Below are positions 34,027-39,601 of a DNA stretch of 39,601 bases, in pieces (positions within the stretch are counted from its first letter, which is position 1; each line of letters starts with the position of its first letter). The notes under the pieces were generated by a model. That model made no database searches, had not been told where the DNA came from, and saw only the letters and a program-made list of their open reading frames with translations. The DNA lies in the NCBI RefSeq assembly GCF_004010195.1, contig NC_057718.1:101466629-101506229 (forward strand), read 5' to 3'. Both the position numbers and the translations under genes were made by a program. Source of the stretch: Chiloscyllium plagiosum (lineage: Eukaryota).

Positions 34027-34165
34027 AAATCATAGAATCCTTGCAGTGTGGAAGCAGGCCATTCAACCCATTGACTCCATACCAACCCTCTGAAGAGGAT
34101 CCTACCCAGACCCACCTTCCTACCCTGCCCTCCTGCATTTGCCATGACTAATCCACTTAACGTGG
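34027..34165 (-). mobile_element. HE1 SINE 3' fragment
   Basis: catagaatccttgcagtgtggaagcaggccattcaaccc..accaaccctctgaagaggatcctacccagaccc. Confidence 0.7.
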
Positions 34166-35400
34166 CCTGGGCAACAACCCCCACAACTTTGAGCATATTG
34201 ACAAAAACGTACATGACAGATACGTCTATCACAAAGTATATTCCAACAAGTAAATTCAAATTGTCCGGTTGATTGGCATCTGATCCCGAAACAAGTAGGT
34301 AATTTTGAAAATACATTAAAATATTGACAATTTATGTAGTCTGTAGCTACTCCCAGTCATCATTGAAAGCGGCCTTTCTTAGATAATAATAGCAAGCAAA
34401 ATTAAATAACATTGTCTGTGACGTTTCTAATGAACCTTAATCATGGAATGAATGATATTTTCATTCATCGCAGGTCACTGCCTTACAATTCCGTGTGTGG
34501 ATAATTGTCTTTTACAAAGCAGGGATCTAACTTTGAGGTGAAGTTGCTTACAGCTGATGGTGAGATTCTGTGGCACTTTTCATAAAGGTTGGCAGGAAAG
34601 AATTGATGTCGGCTTATTAATTCCCAAGCAGTGCTTTTCAAATAATCTGTGCTGATAAATTCCTTAAAAGTGTGACCGAGAAGCAGTGAGCCAGTTTAAG
34701 AATGTGATCCTGGTGCTGCCCAGCTCTTAACCACTTACCTTGATGGTTTGTTGATTTATCTCCTTGTTTTGTCCCATTGTTATTTTCTTCCAACAGTAAA
34801 ATTGTGAACATCATAGGTGATGTATCTGGTGTGTTGGGAAGCTGTGGATTTTTAGATGGCGGAATTGTTTTGCATATTTCTGTTCCCTGTAATGTGCTTA
34901 AGTGCCCAAATAAAATGGGAGCATATTCATCATGATTACAAAGGCCTTCGCTATCCTTGATAAATTGGAGTTTCCAGTTAAGTGCAATTTGAATTAATGA
35001 GATTTTACTGTAATTAGAATTAAGTGAATGTCATTTTGAGTAAAATGTTTTTGTAATGTCAGTTGCTTATTGTGGTGCTTTCACTAGCAGCCATTTTCGT
35101 TTTAATTGGCAGTGTGTAAAAATAAAATTAAAAGCTGGTTTATTTTTAAAGTGCTGCATTACACATTGTTGATTGCAGCTAAACGTTACAGAGCATCTTG
35201 TGCCTGATTGCTTCAGAGTCCTTTGTGTTTCTGGTGGGTATAACAGACAATAGTTACCCTCTTGCATTTTGGGATTTCTGTGTCTCAGCTTAGCTGCCTC
35301 TGTACCGCATCAAACAGCGCACCACAGACCCCCGACTGATTATATACGGCACTGTTAACTTCTGCTCACTGGATTGGTAGTGTAGCTGTTCAATCTTAAC

Positions 35401-36050
35401 TAGGAAGATAGATACAGGAGTAGGCCATTCAGCCCTTCGGGCCTGCTCTAGCATTCAATAGGAACATGGCTAATTGAACATCTTTCACCCGCACGTCCCC
35501 ATGACCTTTTACTCCATCAATAATCAAAAATTTATCAAACGCTACTTTTTAATCCCTCAGTTCTGCGGAAGGGTCACTGAACCTGAAATGTTAACTCTGA
35601 TTTCTCTCCATGGGTGGTGCCAGACCTACTGAGCTTTTCCAGCAATTTCTATTTTTGTTAGTACTTTATAAACATACTCAAAGACTAAGCTTCCCGGTCT
35701 GTCAGGGATCGAAATTTGCAAGGAATCACAACACTCTGAGTAAACAAACTTCTCCTAAGCACAGTCCTCGATAGATCTCCTTTACGGTTCACTGGTGCTC
35801 TTGGCTCGAGAATCCATAACCAGGGGAAATATCTTACCCTGACTATCCCTTTAAGAGTTTTGTAGACTTTAATGAGATCCCCTCTCCTTCAAGTCTGGTA
35901 AACTCCTCCCAATGACAATCACATCTTTCCCGAGAGAAGGAGACCAAAACTGCACACAGGTACAAGGCCCGACACAATAAAGCAAGACATCACTACTCCT
36001 GTACTCAAAATCCTCTTGTGATAAAAGGGAACATTTCATTTACCTTCCTA
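35401..36050 (-). mobile_element. CR1 family B 3' fragment containing a P4 repeat (35559-35659, +)
   Basis: caggagtaggccattcagcccttcgggcctgct tail, ggagaccaaaactgcacacag, and the insert agttctgcggaagggtcactgaacctgaaatgttaactctg. Confidence 0.72.
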
Positions 36051-36051
36051 A

Positions 36052-36958
36052 AGGGCAGTGAGGGGGATGGAGTCCCAGAGAGGGGGTCAGTGAGGGGGAT
36101 GGAGTCCCAGAGAGGGGGGCAGTGAGGGGGATCGAGTCCCAGAGTGGAGGACAGTGAGGGGGATCGAGTCCCAGAGTGGGGAACAATGAGGGGGATCGAG
36201 TCCCAGAGTGGGNNNNNNNNNNNNNNNNNNNNNNNNNNNNNNNNNNNNNNNNNNNNNNNNNNNNNNNNNNNNNNNNNNNNNNNNNNNNNNNNNNNNNNNN
36301 NNNNNNNNNNNNNNNNNNNNNNNNNNNNNNNNNNNNNNNNNNNNNNNNNNNNNNNNNNNNNNNNNNNNNNNNNNNNNNNNNNNNNNNNNNNNNNNNNNNN
36401 NNNNNNNNNNNNNNNNNNNNNNNNNNNNNNNNNNNNNNNNNNNNNNNNNNNNNNNNNNNNNNNNNNNNNNNNNNNNNNNNNNNNNNNNNNNNNNNNNNNN
36501 NNNNNNNNNNNNNNNNNNNNNNNNNNNNNNNNNNNNNNNNNNNNNNNNNNNNNNNNNNNNNNNNNNNNNNNNNNNNNNNNNNNNNNNNNNNNNNNNNNNN
36601 NNNNNNNNNNNNNNNNNNNNNNNNNNNNNNNNNNNNNNNNNNNNNNNNNNNNNNNNNNNNNNNNNNNNNNNNNNNNNNNNNNNNNNNNNNNNNNNNNNNN
36701 NNNNNNNNNNNNNNNNNNNNNNNNNNNNNNNNNNNNNNNNNNNNNNNNNNNNNNNNNNNNNNNNNNNNNNNNNNNNNNNNNNNNNNNNNNNNNNNCCCGG
36801 AGTGGGGGGCAGTGAGGGGAATGGAGTCCCAGAGAGAGGGGGGGGGGGGGAAATGAGGGAATGGAGTCCTGAAGTGGGGGCAGTGAGGGGAATGGAGTCC
36901 CAGAGGGGGGGATAGTGAGGGGAATGGAGTCCCGGAGAGGGGGAAAGTGAGGGGAAGC
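36052..36958 (+). repeat. G-rich minisatellite, about 31-32 bp unit, spanning an N gap (36213-36795)
   Basis: Unit cagtgagggggat(g/c)gagtcccagag(a/t)gggg repeated about 5 times on each side of the gap, with a gggaatgg variant on the right. Confidence 0.92.
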
Positions 36959-37081
36959 AGTCCTGGAGAAAACGTTCCTTGGAATAGCTGAGTGCGGAGC
37001 GGACTGGAGGCTTGGAGCAGAGCAGGGATTGCTGTTGGCCTGGGGTCTGGCGCGGGTGGGGAAGCCCCTGCACTGAGCTAC

Positions 37082-37287
37082 TGCAATGTGATGTTTCTGT
37101 GTAATTTGTTTATTTAACTGGAATGACTATCGTTTTAACTGTGTCTTATTTCTGTAGAGTAATGTAACTCTTTATTCCTCTTATTGTATCTAAGATTTAT
37201 ACCTAGGTACTTGTACGTAAGAGGCAACATTGTAAACTTTTCACAGTACTCCTGTACATCAGTACTTGAGTATACGTGGCAATAAAG
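37082..37287 (+). mobile_element. Possible Rex1-like 3' UTR / non-autonomous derivative
   Basis: aacttttcacagtactc...tacgtggcaataaa resembles the ends of 3167-3650 and 12034-12565. Confidence 0.4.
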
Positions 37288-37734
37288 GATATTTTACCCC
37301 CCACACTACCACCTGACTGTGGTAGTCCTTATTTTTCCCCAGCAACCATATCGTGTGTGTGCAGGTGTCAGACACAGTGAAAAACAATAAGTATGTAAAT
37401 CTTTATTTATATTCCACCACCAGGAAGAAAGGAATATAAAGGATATTCTATTCTGTTCTAATAACCTGCAGCACTTCAGTGACATGTTGACAAGGATTTC
37501 TAAATTCTTTGCTACATCTATGTTTTCCAGCTTTTCACGGACAGAGTTGTGTTTAAATTGCCTGGAAAAGCCCCAGCGAGTGCTGACAGTTTCTGATAGG
37601 CAGATTCCCAGTTGTGATCCACTGTCAGCACCCTCCAGTCTATGTAAATTGATGGACATACTGCACATTCATTGTGAGTGGTGTCACAATATCGTTACTG
37701 GACTAGTAAGCCTGGAGCTCCTGTATTTCCCAGG

Positions 37735-38150
37735 CAGGATGCTGTGTGGCTTGGAGAGGAACTTGTGGTGTTGTTTTTTCCCATGTATCTGCTGTTCTTG
37801 CCCTTTGTGGTTGAGGGGGTTGGAAGAAACTGTGGACAGTGGGTTGAGAAATCACTGCAAGTGCCTCTTGTAGATTACATGGTGCAGCTACTGTGCATCA
37901 TTGCTGAATGTTGAAGATGGTGGTAGAGTGAATGTTTGTGGATGGATTGTCAATCAAGTGGACACCTTTGTTGATGGTGTCAAGCTTCTTGAGTGTTGTT
38001 GGAGTTGCCCCCATCCAGGGCAAGTGGGGAGTATTCCATCACACTCCTGACTTGTGCTTTGTAAATGGTGGGCAGGCTTTGGGGAGTCAGGAGGTGCAGC
38101 AATCCCAGCTTCCAACCTGCTCTTGTAACCACAATATATACTTGGCAGGT
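37735..38150 (-). mobile_element. LINE fragment (family Z)
   Basis: ORF 37980-38171(-) HLLTPQSLPTIYKAQVRSVMEYSPLAL. Confidence 0.75.
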
Positions 38151-38340
38151 TTGTCTAATTTCTGTCACCATTGGAAGAAATTAGGCTCCCATTTTTAATT
38201 CTTGCAATGGTCGATAGGTGCCTTCTTTTCTTTTATCATAGACCCTCTCGCCAGCGGATCAGAAAATTCTTGACCCGAGGCAGCATTGCCTAATTGAATG
38301 TTCGATAATAGTCGAGATTAGCGTGGTGCTGGAGCAGGAA

Positions 38341-38375
38341 AATCAACGTTTCGGGCAAAAGCCCTTCATCAGGAA
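38341..38375 (-). ncRNA. Minimal hammerhead ribozyme motif (intact core)
   Basis: Minus strand reads UUC-CUGAUGA-A-GGGC(UUUU)GCCC-GAAA-CG-UU-GAUU. Helix I is very short. Confidence 0.62.
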
Positions 38376-38380
38376 GCCCA

Positions 38381-38415
38381 TTCCTGATGAAGGGCTTTTG
38401 CCCGAAACATCGATT
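38381..38415 (+). ncRNA. Minimal hammerhead ribozyme motif (helix III CpG-decayed)
   Basis: UUC-CUGAUGA-A-GGGC(UUUU)GCCC-GAAA-CA-UC-GAUU. Confidence 0.5.
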
Positions 38416-39509
38416 TTCCTGCTCCTCAGATGCTGCCTGACCTGCTGTGCTTTTCCAGTACCATTCTAATCTCGACTCTGGTTTCCAGCATCTGCAGTCC
38501 TCACTTTCACCTGTTCGCCTGTTCGGTAATAGTGTTTGTCGTGAATTTTTACCTCTCTTGCCTTGCACAGTCCATTTCACCGGTGTGTTGAACCCAGAAC
38601 CTGGCACATTAATACTAATTTGGCACTAACTTTACAAAGATGGCATTTAAAAAGCAGGGTGACTCCTGGATATAGCCAGAGACACTTTTTGTTAATAATT
38701 TATTGACGTATTTGAAAGGACAGTATTAAAGGAACTACTAAGTGAAAACACTAAGTGCGATTTTTCTTAACGTGATGAGTAATTAAGCTGTGATTTGTGT
38801 GATAATTGCGCCCTTTGTTATAAAAGCATCATTAATACGTGTGGAGTGCTATGCTGCAATACCACACGGATCAAGTTTATTTTGCTGTCTGATGTGTACA
38901 TACCTGTTTGTGAAATGAATAATAGCAGCTGCCAGACTTTGAGTGCCATTTAGTTTTGCTGTACACCTGCTGTAGCACCTCAGGTAATGTATCAGCAAAG
39001 TGCGACAATGCTGTTGAAAGCTGAAAGCGAGACACACCAGCACATTCTGTCTCTCCGTCTCTCTCGCTGCTTGCTGGGACTTCATTAGAGAGTTAACCTT
39101 TTGCAATTTAGAATGCTGCTGTTTCAGCTTCACTTCCAAGGATGCTGAAGTCACCCCTTTTCATGTTAACATTTAGACCCGTGCAGATGCCACTTGTTTT
39201 GAACAGCTAACAAGCCTGGGGTTTTCACTCGTGCCTTTTTTTTCAATGCAAGTTGACTCGCTGGCATTTGTGCTTTGCGGCTGAACCCAGTCGGATACTT
39301 TCTGGAAAAATCCGTGTTATGCTAATTCAGTCAAAGGCAACATTGCAGGATTAGTGAAAAGGAAATAAGAGACGCCTCCTCCATTTGTGATTTCTGGTTT
39401 CCTCACTCTCTGAGTGGAGCAATTCATCCTCAGCTCGGGGCTGCCCCCTTGTTCTGAGAGTGGGACCTGTGGGCTGAATGGAAGGAGCTGCTGTGGTATC
39501 TGCCTCACA

Positions 39510-39601
39510 TTTCTCCATCCCATCCCCATCTCCATATCTCTCCCTCCCCATCTCCATATCTCCATATCTCTCTCTCTTCCCCCCCCCCCCATCTCCATAT
39601 C
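39510..39601 (+). repeat. Pyrimidine-rich simple repeat (ccatctccatatctc-like)
   Basis: Repeated catctccatatc and ccatc units running to the window end. Confidence 0.75.

Larger units (their letters stand above)
38310..38512. mobile_element. Penelope-derived fold-back element (family P1): two hammerheads back to back, 14-bp TSD
   Basis: 38341-38375 is an inverted repeat of 38381-38415. TSD tgttcgataatagt (38299-38312) / tgttcggtaatagt (38520-38533). 35-nt extension at 38478-38512. Confidence 0.88.

Noticed and set aside
36052..36958. About 31-bp repeats as a CRISPR array
   Set aside because: Units are contiguous with no unique spacers, there are no cas genes, and the context is vertebrate.
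36087..37073. Long 223-328 aa ORFs
   Set aside because: Artefacts of the 583-N gap and the minisatellite.
38310..38512. Palindromes as miRNA precursors or class II MITEs
   Set aside because: Asymmetric arms, long variable TSDs and linkage of the same repeats to GIY-YIG ORFs fit Penelope-type retrotransposition better.
39..39598. ORF-track entries as host protein-coding genes
   Set aside because: They are LINE/PLE fragments with stops and frameshifts, antisense or off-frame readings of SINEs and repeats, or short ORFs with no recognisable similarity.
9002..39601. Nested FLRT gene in the MACROD intron
   Set aside because: No long leucine-rich-repeat ORF is present. FLRT genes lie in an earlier MACROD intron than those flanking this exon.

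Overview
This is vertebrate, repeat-rich, mostly non-coding DNA. The SINE/LINE content (HE1-type V-SINEs, CR1/HER1-type LINEs, SacSINE1-like Deu-SINEs) points to a shark, plausibly a carpet shark (inference). The only host-gene feature I can support is one 74-bp coding exon at 8928-9001 (+), (G)FPQDDAAEIAVSTVKEWLTEKQAL, from a MACROD2/MACROD1-family macrodomain ADP-ribose glycohydrolase. The rest of the window therefore appears to be intronic. A large fraction is decayed retroelements (CR1, Rex1/Babar, several SINEs, one Tc1/mariner-type MITE), often nested, plus a G-rich minisatellite and two N gaps. The most interesting signal is a set of 4-5 distinct families of short Penelope-like-element (PLE) repeats carrying minimal hammerhead-ribozyme motifs (CUGAnGA-helix II-GAAA-palindromic helix III-UH). 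Many are head-to-head fold-back insertions with one hammerhead per strand, 12-16 bp target-site duplications (TSDs) and a constant 34-36 nt extension on one arm. Two are physically joined to Neptune-type GIY-YIG endonuclease remnants. Nearly all ORFs in the supplied track are transposon fragments or noise. Repeat boundaries are by eye, and family names come from recalled consensus motifs, not database searches.
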